Shown here: piece by piece, positions 28,001 to 41,222 of the stretch | How positions within the stretch are numbered: the stretch's first letter is position 1 | Layout: each line of letters begins with the position of its first letter | Assembly: GCA_002633005.1 (NCBI GenBank) | Contig: NMRA01000159.1 | Coordinates: forward strand, 728,739-792,738 | From: Phoronis australis | Lineage: Eukaryota > Animalia > Phoronida | Length of the DNA: 64,000 bases | Direction of reading: 5' to 3' | The notes under the pieces: generated by a model | What the model was told of the DNA's origin: nothing | Databases searched by the model: none | What the model saw: the letters and a program-made list of their open reading frames with translations, nothing else | Translations under genes and position numbers: made by a program

Positions 28001-31000
28001 GCACTGTACGTGGATCCATTTTCTGAACACAAGAGACGTGGAAAAAATTTTGAAAAACAGCATGGAATTTGGATCAGCGACCTCTGAGTACTCCTGGTAG
28101 TCACCTAGGCTATCGGCAAATCCGATGGCAAAATGAATTTAGCCACAAACGTGACTTCAAAATGAGCTATGCGCTCAAATATTGGCTCCCGAACGATCGA
28201 TCGTTAACATATAGGCCTGAACGGGGCAAACTTCTAACTTCAAGAGACGCGGAAAATTTTTCACCAATAACGCTGATATTTGGCACTAACAAGTCTTAAG
28301 TACTAGTCCACGAGAGCACCAGCCATGAGCGGCAAGGTGGGGGTCAGCCGATTTTCACCAAATTTGGCACATAGGTAGTCCTATGGGATCTATAAACAGC
28401 GGTAAAATATTTCCTCAAAATATTGCGTTTTTCTAAAGTTATAGGCTCAAACACATTTTACGGCTTCGCAGCCATGTTTTCACGGTATAAAAACTGTCCA
28501 GTTTTAACTGTTCATATTTTTCCTTGAATGAAAGCTATTGATTTATTATTCACTGGGCATTGTTTAGTGGTGCCTGTAGATTGTTACACAGATGTCTTGA
28601 AACACGATTCCGATTTACCACCATCATTTAGTGATTTTACTACACTCCCCCCCGTTATGCCATTTTGAGGTTGTGTTCAATACACTGCTGTACCAAATCT
28701 GCCCCCACTGTTATGAGAATGAAACTTAGCCAAAATGTTGACAAAACATGTTACTTTCATTTCATAAAATAAAAACTTTGTCAGCCAGTTTATTAGTTAT
28801 ATATTTTGGCACCTCAAATGTACTAAAATGAGAAATTTTCATATAACTGAAATCGATGCGTGAGCACCGTAAAATCCGATTGTCCTTCATGTTTTTCGAT
28901 ATTTTGCAACAAGTTAGTTCCTCCTGAATGTTTTGAACGTTTTACTACTGATCACTTAGGGCTATAGTACCCCTAAATACCATACATGGCTCCATTTTGT
29001 AAAAAGCCGATTATGTCCTCCACAGTGAACAGGGTTAGACATGAACTCGACAAATGTAGGTTACATGTATTTTGATTTACAGTTGTTTTACTTTGCAATT
29101 TCCTCATGGGTATTTCTTCACACATATTCAAGTCAGATTTTCTGTTGATCAAATGTTCATGTAATGCATTGTAATATCAAATGAATGACAAGTTAGGTTG
29201 CATGACCGCAATTTTTCCCACGACTTAAAACAAAAGACCGCAGAAATTTTCCTGACGAAATACCGGGTTTGCAGTTCTGTAAAAACATTCGAATGACAAG
29301 ACAAACTCCACCACTGTCCATGGCAACTCGTCGCATGTTTTTCGCCCATCGGTCCTATCATTGTTTTCCTTTGTTGTGTCATTGTTAGATGTAACAACAC
29401 AGGTCGCATGGATATAGAACCTTGCGTACATCAGACCGTTGCCGATAAGTGCTCGTCATTATATCTTTATTATAACAACGGAAACAATGAAGATGCTAAT
29501 CTATTGTTCTCTATGCGACCAGGTTTCCCGTGGATGACCACAGAAGAGGAATCCCAAAGTATCCACAAACAATGACCACGCACCTTAGTAACTATTACCG
29601 CGCACACGAATCCTTTCCGTGGAACCTAAACACCAAATTTTTATATCCGTGTATTGTGTTGTATTGCTCATGGTACGGGTTCAGACTCTGTTGTATTAAG
29701 ATTCCAGTCCCCAACCCTGTAATATGTACTTTGAGTAAAATTTCTAGACAATGCAGGTTTATGGATTTATTCTCCTTCAAATGAAGAGTAAAAATCAAAT
29801 TCTGCACAGGTTTTTTAAAAGTAATCACTTATTGGAAGATCACACATCTAAAAAATAAAACAATGTTTGACAATTTTATTCATTATCTTATTTGAAAATT
29901 GCCTACCTCACAGACAACTCATCTAAGTTGAAAATATTCCTTGTGAAAAAATATAAAATACCAACCAGAGACTTGTGTACTACAAAATATGTTTTCGTAA
30001 TACAATGCAAAGATAACTGTACAGTCAAAAGTGCAAATGTTATGACTCTAATAAAAAATTGCCTTCTAGATCTTTTCAACACTCTAATTGCTACAGGACA
30101 GAGTCAACCACACAAAGCTCATAAAGTCAGGGAATTACATTTAAGGTGATGTAGTCTCACTGCGAAAAAGTGATTTCGCAATATCGCTGACAACACTGGA
30201 AATCTCTTCTTCACAAACTTGAGGTAGCTGTATTTACCACATCAATGTTCTTATCAAAACTAACCACCACAAAATGAAAAATTGGCTTGTCGGTTCCAAT
30301 TAGGCAGCATTTTACAATGAAATGGTCATGAAAAAATACTTTTGCAACATGGTTTGCATTACAATTGCCCTACGATTACAGTTGTACATACATACTAGAC
30401 CAGTAACAAAATTACCCATGGGAACCATAAAATGGTCAATTCGCCAAAAAAACAAGGAGCCACCAGAGCTAATGTGCCAATACTTTTCAGTACTGCAACA
30501 AAAAATCATTTGAAGTGGACATAAACTCGCCTAAAATCACATAAAACAACTTTTGATTTAGACATTTTACCATCACGAAATAGGTATTACTTCCAGGTCA
30601 CTTTTGAGCAATTTCAGAACTTTGAAAGATCTGGCAATATGCAATTGCTAGAGACCAGACTAATAGTGTGTGATTTTATACACACAGCATGGTCTCAAGG
30701 AATAGCAAACTGTCAATTCGCTATAATTCCAGAAATCACTTCCCATCTGGATAAGGAACAAACTGAGCAAATTTTATAGAGGTAAATGGTCTAAATCAAA
30801 ACTTATTACCTCCTGGACAGAATATGGGTTTACAACCCAGGCAGAAAGATAAGTTAACAAAACCAGCCTAACTGCAACAGGGTCTCAAATTTCAGTAATA
30901 TATACCCATTTACAAACAAAAATCTATAATGGTAAATAAAATGCGGAAACATAAATTCAGATCAATTACGCATCTTCAAGGAAAAGGAATAGTACAGTGG

Positions 31001-34000
31001 TCAGAAATCATCTAAATGTGATGGCGACACTGAGAAATCCTGTCAGACCAAAAAATCCAGTGGCTAAACAAAATGAACAATGTACCATTACCATGTGGCC
31101 CAGGATCATGATCCGTGCCTGGAGAAAAATTCAGTCTTAGACTAGGTAAATTTTAGATTTGTGCTGTTCACACAAGCAGTTCTGGTGCAAACAAAGCTTG
31201 CGACAACACACAAGCCTACTTCCCTACACAGCTGTGCTGATACAATAATGCCCCCACTGGATTTAGCAGATCAGCCAGAGTATTTACAGGTCCAGCCACT
31301 GTACTGTTTCCTCCCTTTGAATTTTTACAATGCTACATCCTTGACAATCGCAGATTGCCTCTTTCTATGCATACTCCACTTCCTCTGTCCCAGTTTCCCC
31401 ACATTTGCTGAAAGTGGCCTATCTCAACAAATTACTTTGGACCTGTTGTGGTATAAGCCAGTAATCTTTGGCAAATACTTTTTCCCCAACTCGTTCCTCA
31501 AGCTACAAATTCTCTTTGACATATCTTCTGGGAGTAGACTTTTCGGCCTCTCTCTAGCCCCCTCACTTAGTTGTCCAGAAGGGTACCTTCTTGCTGGTTG
31601 TGAACTTTTCCATACCCAACCTTTACTAATAATCGGCAAGTCTCCAACTTCAGCAGAAGCCACTTCTTCAGCATAAGCCTTTCCTGATTCCTAAAATTGT
31701 ATTAATGAAAAATTAAACATATTAAATTTAATGTGGCCATTTCGGCTCACAAAATATGAATACCAAGCTAAAGTGAAGGCACCAATATTTTTTACGGCTT
31801 TAGCATGTTTAATTAACTTCATAATTGCAGAAAATCATTGGTAGACAAAACATACTCCCTAGTCTCTAAAAGTAGTTCATGGGCAGAAGTCATGTTTCAC
31901 ATTTGGTGGTTGTTATGAAAAGTTATGATGACTACCTATTTTCTATGCCAATGTATACATGTAGTTGCATAAACATCAACACATTTGAATAAGATATGAT
32001 TAAGCAATAAGGCCCAAGTTATAAGCAATCACGGTGTGTCAATAAAAGTATTTTTGCATGAATGACGTGCTTCTAAAAATATTCCTCAGGGTCAGACCCT
32101 GGAGTTTAGTGATTCCTACCTGAGCTCACACGAAGCAGGACGTTGAACCTTGACTTAACGTCTTTGGTCATTTTTCAGACCTCTATCAGATTTCTCCTCT
32201 AGTGTGCAGTGGATGTTCTAAGTGTCTTTGGCGACGCCAATATATCTCGAGTGTTGTAACGATGATTCGGGCAAGTGAACCTAATACGGTAGATTATGTA
32301 GCTCCTGCTGCACACAGTGCCTCCGAGGCAGACACTGAGACAGACTACTCAGGAGGACACGTTCCACCTCCACATCAGCTCCACGTACTCTTATAAGGTG
32401 CTCAAATGTCTCGCTCTATACCTTGTGTATTTCCCTAGAGTTTCCAAAGTTGTTTCTCCCCGCAATTTGTAGAAATACCACATTCGATGCGACTGGCAGT
32501 GCCAGATAAATAGATAAATTCGCAAACCCGCACTTTAGGTCAGCCATCATTCAACTAACGCATTGTAAGCTTTAGTTTGGTATTCAGACGAATTGGATGA
32601 ACAAATTTAGTATAATTTCATATTTTATTGGGAAATGCTAGTGTCCTTAAAATTAATTAAAAACATTTAAGCAAACCAATTGTTTTAATTGTTGTTTTAT
32701 ACCACGGCATATTAATGCGTAGAAACGGCGCACAACTAGTGACTGGTTTAACATGACAAATACACATACGCGGTCTGAAAATAGTGAAATTCAGACACCT
32801 ATTACCAAGCCTGCCTGAAGGGCTGACAAAGTTTTTATTGTATTAATTTCAAGGGCATGGAGTCTTCTACATGTCCATGTTATTATTTTTAGTTTTCTCG
32901 CGGGGGCAGCTTCGCTATAAGGGTACAACTTACTGCTGGTTTTTCACAAGAAGGAAATGTACCTCCACGGAAACAGTTCCAGTGTTACCATGGTAACAGA
33001 TATTGCAGTGTCGGTGCCGTTTTTACTGACATTGGTCATGAACCTATCATGTGATATCAAAATTGTTCAGAAACGATTCTGTTTGAAGCAGAAACTGGAG
33101 TAGAAAATTTGGTCAAAAATGACTCATTCCACAGCAAGAAATTGCCTCATTTTGCCCCCAAGAACACTTCCCATGTATCTCCTAAACCACCAAACTTTGT
33201 GGTGTCATACTTCACCCATTTTCTCTCATCCCTAATGTGATTTGTCAAGACTAAACATGTATCTGAATGGTTGACCCCCCACCTTGCCGCTTTTTGGCTG
33301 TACAGTGGTCGGTGGATCCGTGGACTGATACTTAACATACACTCTATGTGACAGGCTATCGGCAAATTTTGTAGTTATCTCCCCTCACTTTTAAATTCCT
33401 ATTCTTGTGTATTTTAAGGAGGGCTGCTGGCAAGATTTAGCGCATGCGCAGTAGTGCATATTACACATTTCTGGCGTAGGCTATGTGCTGGATGATCCAC
33501 GGTGACCTTCCACTTGTTCCAAACATACATGTTACATTTAGCTTTGTGGAATCTTATTGTAAAAAGTCTTCATGTATTACAATCAAAATTGTGTCTTGAG
33601 AGAACAACTTGAATGTATGCCAAGCTTTAATTACAATATACCGAGATATTTTATTCTTAACGCACGACAAAATCTATAACAATTGCAACAACGATATTAT
33701 TTACTTGACTAAACTAACAACATCAACACAGAGTATTGAAATGCACCCAACGGGGTGTTTATTAGCATTGAAAATGGCGCAAAATATGTCGAATGCCAGT
33801 GGAGAAAACCATGAAATCTGACTTTCCCCCGTGGAAAGGCATGCTTAGAACAGCATGTCGAGCATATTTAAGCATTTTATTTTAAATTACCTCGTTACTT
33901 GTCAACTGAAAAAAATCACTCTTAACAATTATTTATTTTTCCCATATTCATCTAAAATACTTGAAAACTGTCGAATACTTCATCGATTACTATTTTTGCT

Positions 34001-36142
34001 TCCCAATATGGTTTCATGATACATCAGTCTACTGAATGGGCTATCATTGGACTTGTAGGCTTTGTTGAAATTTGCAATATTTCGACTATAGCGATATCAT
34101 CCAATAACATCATTCATTTATCTAAGGCATCAACCATAAATTATACCTTTCTATTCTACAATATTACCATGGTGTTGAAAAGAAGAACTACAGAGGTTAT
34201 ATCCAGTTATTACCATACTAGGGGATGTTCTAAACACATTCTACTCCAGACTAATCTGCATTACAGCAATCGGAGGTGTTCCATAGGGATGATCGCTGGT
34301 GTTTTCATCCATGCTTGTTCGACCCAACCTTGAGATGCTGTGTACGCCATTTGTTCCAGTGATTTCAACTCAATTTTGTTGCCTCGTAACCTCTGCAGTG
34401 TCTCTGGCTTTCATCAAGTACATTATGTCACTCAATATTCACAAACCTAAAATATGAATGCCATTTCACTTTCCACAAAAAGGCATTTGTGATAACATTA
34501 TTAGAATCTCAATTACGTTTTAAGTTGAACTTTTGCTCTTCTGCTCATGTATGAACAGACAGTTAAACTTGTGTTCAATAGTTTGAGAATGCGTATGACT
34601 GAAGGTGATGGCAGTTAAAACACCTACCAGTAGTTAAATATACAATACACTAATCTTATTTTGTGCCCAATAGTTACCATGCATTTAACCAAAATAAAAA
34701 TTTGTTGTTCCTATTGTGAATCAAACAGTCAGAGAGCGATGTGAAAATTGACACAAACTTAAGTTTTACAGTCTCAGTTAAGTGATTATTTTGAAGGACT
34801 GGTAACATGTAACTTGACAATGTTTTGGAAACTAGTTGATTCTGGTCTCAACCCCAGTTCACTCATTTGAAATCTGTGCTGTACGTCTTTTCCCTAACCA
34901 TAATAACCTCCAATTTGGCTGAATCAGTAATAAAATCAACTTCCTTTTGTTTGTAAGACCAAAACTACTGATTCATGAATAAAGTCTAAGTGATTTTACT
35001 TAACAATCACATCAATATGAATACAATTTTAAATTCAAACTCACATCCGTACAGTTCTTCAGTTATCCATGTAGAGTCTAGGCTGTACCAAAACCGTTTG
35101 AATTTGGTTCAAATTAAAGCTTATAGGTCACTTCCCAGGCATGTAACCTTGGCAACCACATGCTTTCCCTGATAACAGTCCCACCAGATCAACATGTGGC
35201 TGGGCTAGCATAATTTAAATAAACAATCAACAGCCCTAGAGGCATTAAACATTAATGTATTTCAAGAGGCATTCCTTGAAAACTGTCCTAGCAGTTCAAC
35301 ATATAGCTGGGCTAGTATGATTAAAATGAACAATAACCCTAGAAGCATAAAACAATAATATAAGGACACTAGTGAAATTAAATTTCTTATTTTTTCATAA
35401 ATAATGTGGCAGTACCACAAGAATCCCGAGTCATATCAGAGTCCGTACCATAGCTGCTGACAGACAACATTTTGAAAAATTGTGAGTCTTCACAACAATG
35501 CTAAATGTCCTTGAAAAATCAAAATGAGTAATTTTTGGCAATTATTTTTGTCCGAAATTGGCAAAATTTTACTGTAGCTACAGACTGGCAGCTGCCACCT
35601 GATTATGAGATAATTTCAAATGTTGGAAAAGTACAAATTGCTCTAAATGCTAATACTTGCACATTTGGTAAAACTGGATGATATATTTGTGTATGGTTTG
35701 TATTGATATTTATTGTGCTTGTTTACACAACATGCAGGTAACACTGCCTTTGTTGTTTTAAAGCAATTTTATTAAATATTTTGCTGTACTGACTTTGACA
35801 GCAGTATGAAAGGAAAATGAAAACTTGTTAAGTATAGTGACTGAATAAAAGCAAAGAACATACAGATGCAGTTATCTTCTCTAGTGCTTTAGGTCGCATT
35901 TGGTCATCTTTGAGCATTTGCTGTTTTTAACAATGTAACTTACCAACAATAGGTCACATTTAGGTAAGTAATCTAAAATAAGTAACTGCCCTGCTTAGGT
36001 TCTGGGATTTGAGGTTTCTTTGAAATTTAGAAAATAAAAAACAATTTCACAATTTCTAACATTGTCACAATATTAATGCTAACACTTTAAACATCGAAGT
36101 TTACGGCAAATTTTGTGCAAGCACTTTTTCACCTATTCTTGA

Positions 36143-36400
36143 GAACACTTTTCACCAATAAAGTTTCCTGTAACTTTCCCGCAAACACTTTTTCATCAAT
36201 AAAGTTTCCTGCAACTTTCCCACAAACACTTTTTCACCAATAAAGTTTCCTGCAACTTTCCCGCAAACACTTTTTCACTAATAAAGTTTCCTGCAACTTT
36301 CCCGCAAACACTTTTTAACCAATAAAGTTTCCTGCAACTTTCCCGCAAACACTTTTTCCCCAATAAAGTTTCCTGCAACTTTCCCGCAAACACTTTTTCA
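36143..36400. repeat. 41-bp minisatellite (~6 copies) within a probable non-autonomous element running into the gap
   Basis: Unit aacactttttcaccaataaagtttcctgcaactttcccgca, followed by gcaa/ttgc-rich palindromic repeats up to 36595. Confidence 0.85.
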
Positions 36401-36595
36401 ATCACCAAGTTTGCCGCAACATTCCTGCAAACTTCAGTGTTTGCAGCAAGGTTGCGGCAACGTGTGCGGCTGAGTTGCGGGTAGCGGCAAACTCCTGCAA
36501 ACTTTGCGGCTGGTTTGCTGCAAACAAAATTGTTTGCCGCAAGCTTGCGGCATGTTTGCTGCAAGCTTGCGGCAAACATGGTCTTTTGGTATGGG

Positions 36596-37372
36596 NNNNN
36601 NNNNNNNNNNNNNNNNNNNNNNNNNNNNNNNNNNNNNNNNNNNNNNNNNNNNNNNNNNNNNNNNNNNNNNNNNNNNNNNNNNNNNNNNNNNNNNNNNNNN
36701 NNNNNNNNNNNNNNNNNNNNNNNNNNNNNNNNNNNNNNNNNNNNNNNNNNNNNNNNNNNNNNNNNNNNNNNNNNNNNNNNNNNNNNNNNNNNNNNNNNNN
36801 NNNNNNNNNNNNNNNNNNNNNNNNNNNNNNNNNNNNNNNNNNNNNNNNNNNNNNNNNNNNNNNNNNNNNNNNNNNNNNNNNNNNNNNNNNNNNNNNNNNN
36901 NNNNNNNNNNNNNNNNNNNNNNNNNNNNNNNNNNNNNNNNNNNNNNNNNNNNNNNNNNNNNNNNNNNNNNNNNNNNNNNNNNNNNNNNNNNNNNNNNNNN
37001 NNNNNNNNNNNNNNNNNNNNNNNNNNNNNNNNNNNNNNNNNNNNNNNNNNNNNNNNNNNNNNNNNNNNNNNNNNNNNNNNNNNNNNNNNNNNNNNNNNNN
37101 NNNNNNNNNNNNNNNNNNNNNNNNNNNNNNNNNNNNNNNNNNNNNNNNNNNNNNNNNNNNNNNNNNNNNNNNNNNNNNNNNNNNNNNNNNNNNNNNNNNN
37201 NNNNNNNNNNNNNNNNNNNNNNNNNNNNNNNNNNNNNNNNNNNNNNNNNNNNNNNNNNNNNNNNNNNNNNNNNNNNNNNNNNNNNNNNNNNNNNNNNNNN
37301 NNNNNNNNNNNNNNNNNNNNNNNNNNNNNNNNNNNNNNNNNNNNNNNNNNNNNNNNNNNNNNNNNNNNNNNN
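36596..37372. other. Assembly gap (777 N)
   Basis: Run of n. Confidence 1.
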
Positions 37373-38305
37373 TTGGAATTCTGCATCCTGCTATCGAAAA
37401 CGTCTGTCTCTTGAGCAACACGCCTCTGTTGATAATTAGTGATCTGGACTTCTCTGCCTTGAATGACATACGGGCCCATTTAGTGAGCTCTTCTAGGCAA
37501 CGGAGAATTGTTCTGGCTCCCACTGGTGACTCTGTCACAATTGTAATGTCGTCAACAAAAGCTCTACATGACGGCTGTCTGACTTCATCTAGCTTGGGAC
37601 CTCTTCGCTCAGATTGGGCTCTCTTCAGCAGGACATTCATTGCCATGATAAACAGGATGACTGAAATGGTACAGCCCGTCATAATTCCTTTTTCAAGGTG
37701 TTGCCACTTCGTAGTGAAGTTGCCGACTGTGAAACGCATCACACAGGAGCTATAGTATGACTTCACTATACTCTTGACTTTCTCAGGAATGTGGTAGATG
37801 TCCATGGCACGATAAACTGATACATGTGGTACCGAACCGTACGCATTTGCCATGTCGAGCTACACCATAGACAGATTCTTCTTGCCCTTCTTCGCTCGGT
37901 GTATGAGTTCACTTATGATAGAATTATGTTCCAGGCATCCAGAAAAGCCTGGTACCCCGCCTTTCTGTGAAGATGTGTCAATATACTTGTTCTTAATCCT
38001 GAAGTCTGTCATTCTGCCGGATAGGATTGCTAAGTAGATCTTTCCTTCCACGCTAAGCAGTGAAATTGGTCGAAACTGGCTAATCTGCTTCGAGCCTTCT
38101 TCTTTCGGAACATAAACTCCTTCAGCTCGCCCCCACTGGGCTGGAACTATGCCCTTCCTCCAGAGAATCTTAAACAGCTTCCAGAGCCTTTCTCTCAACT
38201 TGGGACACATCTTATAGACCTTGTAGGAAATTCTACTTGGACCAGGGGCTGACCCCGATCGGGCTTTCTTCACAGTGCTATCCACTTCTGACTTCTTAAT
38301 GTCCC
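37373..38305 (-). mobile_element. HERO/NeSL-like (RLE-type) non-LTR retrotransposon RT fragment, 5'-truncated, one in-frame stop
   Basis: KARSGSAPGPS..FRPISLLSVEGK..QKGGVPGFSGCLEH..V*LDMANAYGSVPH..GIMTGCTIS..AFVDD, all in one frame; TAG at 37860-37862 replaces the Trp of WLD; continues into the gap. Confidence 0.9.
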
Positions 38306-40687
38306 CCGGATCAATTATGGTTAAAACGTTTAGTGGTATCAGTTTTATTTGTAAAGTCATTAGATTATTTCGTCTGTCATTGATTCAGTTGTTTGGGACA
38401 TGGATTGAACATGGTGTTTCACTTACTTACTCGTGTTTTCAACCAACCCACAGTGAACTCTTGTTGTTCTTTATATCTGGATGCTTTAAAACCTGTAAAT
38501 TAAGACATCAATAATATTTATACCTGAAGCACAAGGTGGGTAATTTTTTCTTCAATTTCTATCTCTTGCTTGATTACCCTGGAAACAGACTTGGACATAT
38601 TTGACAGTGATGTTGTCACTGGCCCTGACCTAAGTTATTCTAGTTGAAAACTAACATGGCCATCAAGAGGTGTAGTCACTGTTATGAGTCTGATATATGC
38701 TGATAAAAATAAATGACAGAGTATTGTTACACTCATTTGTTCCAAAACCATAAGTATGGTATCTTTCATTCACAACAGCGGAGGGCCTCTGAAGTTTGCT
38801 TAAAACATGGAACTGTCCACAATTGATTTACTGAGCCAGTATTGTTCAAGGAAATTGAAGTGTATACACAAGTGATTAATTGCCTAATGAATATCCTCAT
38901 GTATTCTCAAACTGGCTATTTGTTACCTTTTTCCTGTTTCCTCTGAAATGGAGTGATTTTTAGTTTTGAACTGACTTATCACTGAGTATCTTATTAATTA
39001 AAAATATTTTATCAACCATCACATGACACGTACTGTTCCCTTGTTCTAGTAAGTCAGTTTAGTATAGCTACATCTGGTATTGAGCCTGTCTACAGTGACG
39101 ATCCAAATGTCATTGAGCCACGCGAAGCTATATCCAACTAGGCTTTTAAAGGCTGTGAAGAACATTTTGAATTAGTCACCATTCACCAGTGAGTTTGACT
39201 GTAGATTTGCGCAGGTCAGTATTTTCCTACTTTCTGTTGCTACTGAGCAATTGAAACGTTCTGACAAATTTTGCTCCAGCAATCCTTATATAAAGCTACA
39301 GAAAAGCGAAAAGACCATTAAGTGGACTATAATTAATACACCCAGGTCTGCCAACATCTGCTAATATACCCCGGTATAACTTCCAATACAGCAAATGGTT
39401 ACATACTATTCAAATATACAAATTCGTGTACTAAGAGAATATCCACGTGGTTAACACGAAATTGAACTTTTCAGATTCAAAACGGTTTTTAGTGTGTAAA
39501 AATTATGAAAGCCAGGGTTTACACCAGTGTTTGCATCACTGCATGACTGCTTGTTTTACTGTGAAATGATTCATTCATGAACTTGAGAGGGTATGTGTGT
39601 TACCTGCAGTGTTCTGTAATATATACAAATCTATATGTCTTCAGTCTAGCCTGACAACTCAAGCAGTCTCTGTGAATTAAGTCTCGGTTTTTGCGACGGA
39701 GTTTGTAGAACTTTCAAAGTTTGTCATTTTCTTTAAATCCCAGAAATTATTTATTTAAAATAAAGTTTTACTTTGGAGAAGTTCAAAGTGCTACTAGGAA
39801 ATGATGTGCTTGAAAGTTACTAGCTATTCAAGCATCACAGCCACTGTTGATACACTAAAGTTGACTAGAGCTGATATCAGATTGTGTCATAATTTACTTG
39901 CAAAGTTGGCCCATTGTACCTGCAAATCTTCACTAACCACTGTCTTATTAACTCTTAGTCAGTAAGATATTGATGAAATGACATTACTTTGTTTCTTCTT
40001 CGGTTATTTGTGCAGCAAGAGACACAGCAGTGTGCAATTGTTTATGTAGAGATTCACTGTAAACAGACAGCTTCCTGTAGACTGGTCAGTACTAGCCTCC
40101 TTCTGGGATTGGAATGCGAGTCGTGCATAAATTTTGAGAAATGCCTTAATGGTAACAGAACTTGCGAATGTCTGACGAGCAAATCCTGGCTAATATTATA
40201 CCCTGGCCCCCACTAACTATAAATCATGGATCCGCTCCTGCGTTAGCCGTGTAGTTTAGGTACCTTGAAAGCATCATTGTTGTAATGCATATTTTTTACA
40301 AAAAATGAGAAAATGAAATTTCATTTGGCTACCATATTGTGTCCTAAATTGGTGAGATTTTGCCGTGCAGTTGAATATCACTGAGGCTCAATGAATTAAA
40401 TGATTAAAGTATTTAGTGATGACCATGGATTCGTTTTCAGCTCTTGTTGTATCGCAAAACGAGCCTCGCGTGACGGGGATGAGCATATCCCAGACATAAA
40501 GGAAGAACAACATTTAGTTCCCCCAATAACTTGCGCGAGACATTTGCTCACATTCTATTGAGGCGTTGTTATTAGGGTACTTGTAAAGTGTGCTTGAAAG
40601 TATGTGGAAATAAAAATTGATAAAAGAAGTCTCCTTAACTGTGAATTTGAATTAGACGTCGTGCAAGTATGGATACTGTTTATGTCC

Positions 40688-41222
40688 ATATTATAAATGG
40701 CCATAGAGCCTGCAGTACAGTGATAGCATTCAAGCCATATTATGAATGGCCATAGAGCCTGCAGTACAGTGATAGCATTCAAGCCATATTATAAATGGGC
40801 ATAGAGCCTGCAATACAGCTGTGAGTATTCAAGCCATATTATAAATGACCACAGAGCCCGCAATACAGCGAGTGATAGCATTCAAGCCATGGCCAGAGAG
40901 CCTGCAGTACAGTGATAGCATTCAAGCCATATTATAAATGGCCATAGAGCCTGCAGTACAGTGATAGCATTCAAGCCATATTATAAATGGCCATAGAGCC
41001 TGCAGTACAGAGATAGCATTCAAGCCATATTATAAATGGCCATAGAGCCTGCAGTACAGTGATAACATTCAAGCCATATTATAAACGGCCATAGAGCCTG
41101 CAGTACAGTGATAGCATTCAAGCCATATTATAAATGGCCATAGAGCCTGCAGTACAGTGATAGCATTCAAGCCATATTATAAATGGCCATAGAGCCTGCA
41201 GTACAGTGATAGCATTCAAGCT
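40688..41222. repeat. 49-bp minisatellite (~11 copies)
   Basis: Unit ttataaatggccatagagcctgcagtacagtgatagcattcaagccata. Confidence 0.95.

Noticed and set aside
31161-31676. 171-aa plus-strand ORF
   Set aside because: GTG start, no recognisable motif or splice support; probably the antisense shadow of the minus-strand exon.
31626-31690. Two in-frame TGC-TGA pairs suggesting selenocysteine or an antizyme-like frameshift
   Set aside because: No SECIS or antizyme similarity recognised, and the frame ends at TAG soon after.
36196-37755. Long ORFs of 299-483 aa in the ORF track
   Set aside because: Artefacts of translating through the N gap; only the minus-strand RT part is real.
40688-41222. 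Regular repeats resembling a CRISPR array (also 36143, 47503, 54390)
   Set aside because: Contiguous units without unique spacers, no cas genes, eukaryotic context.
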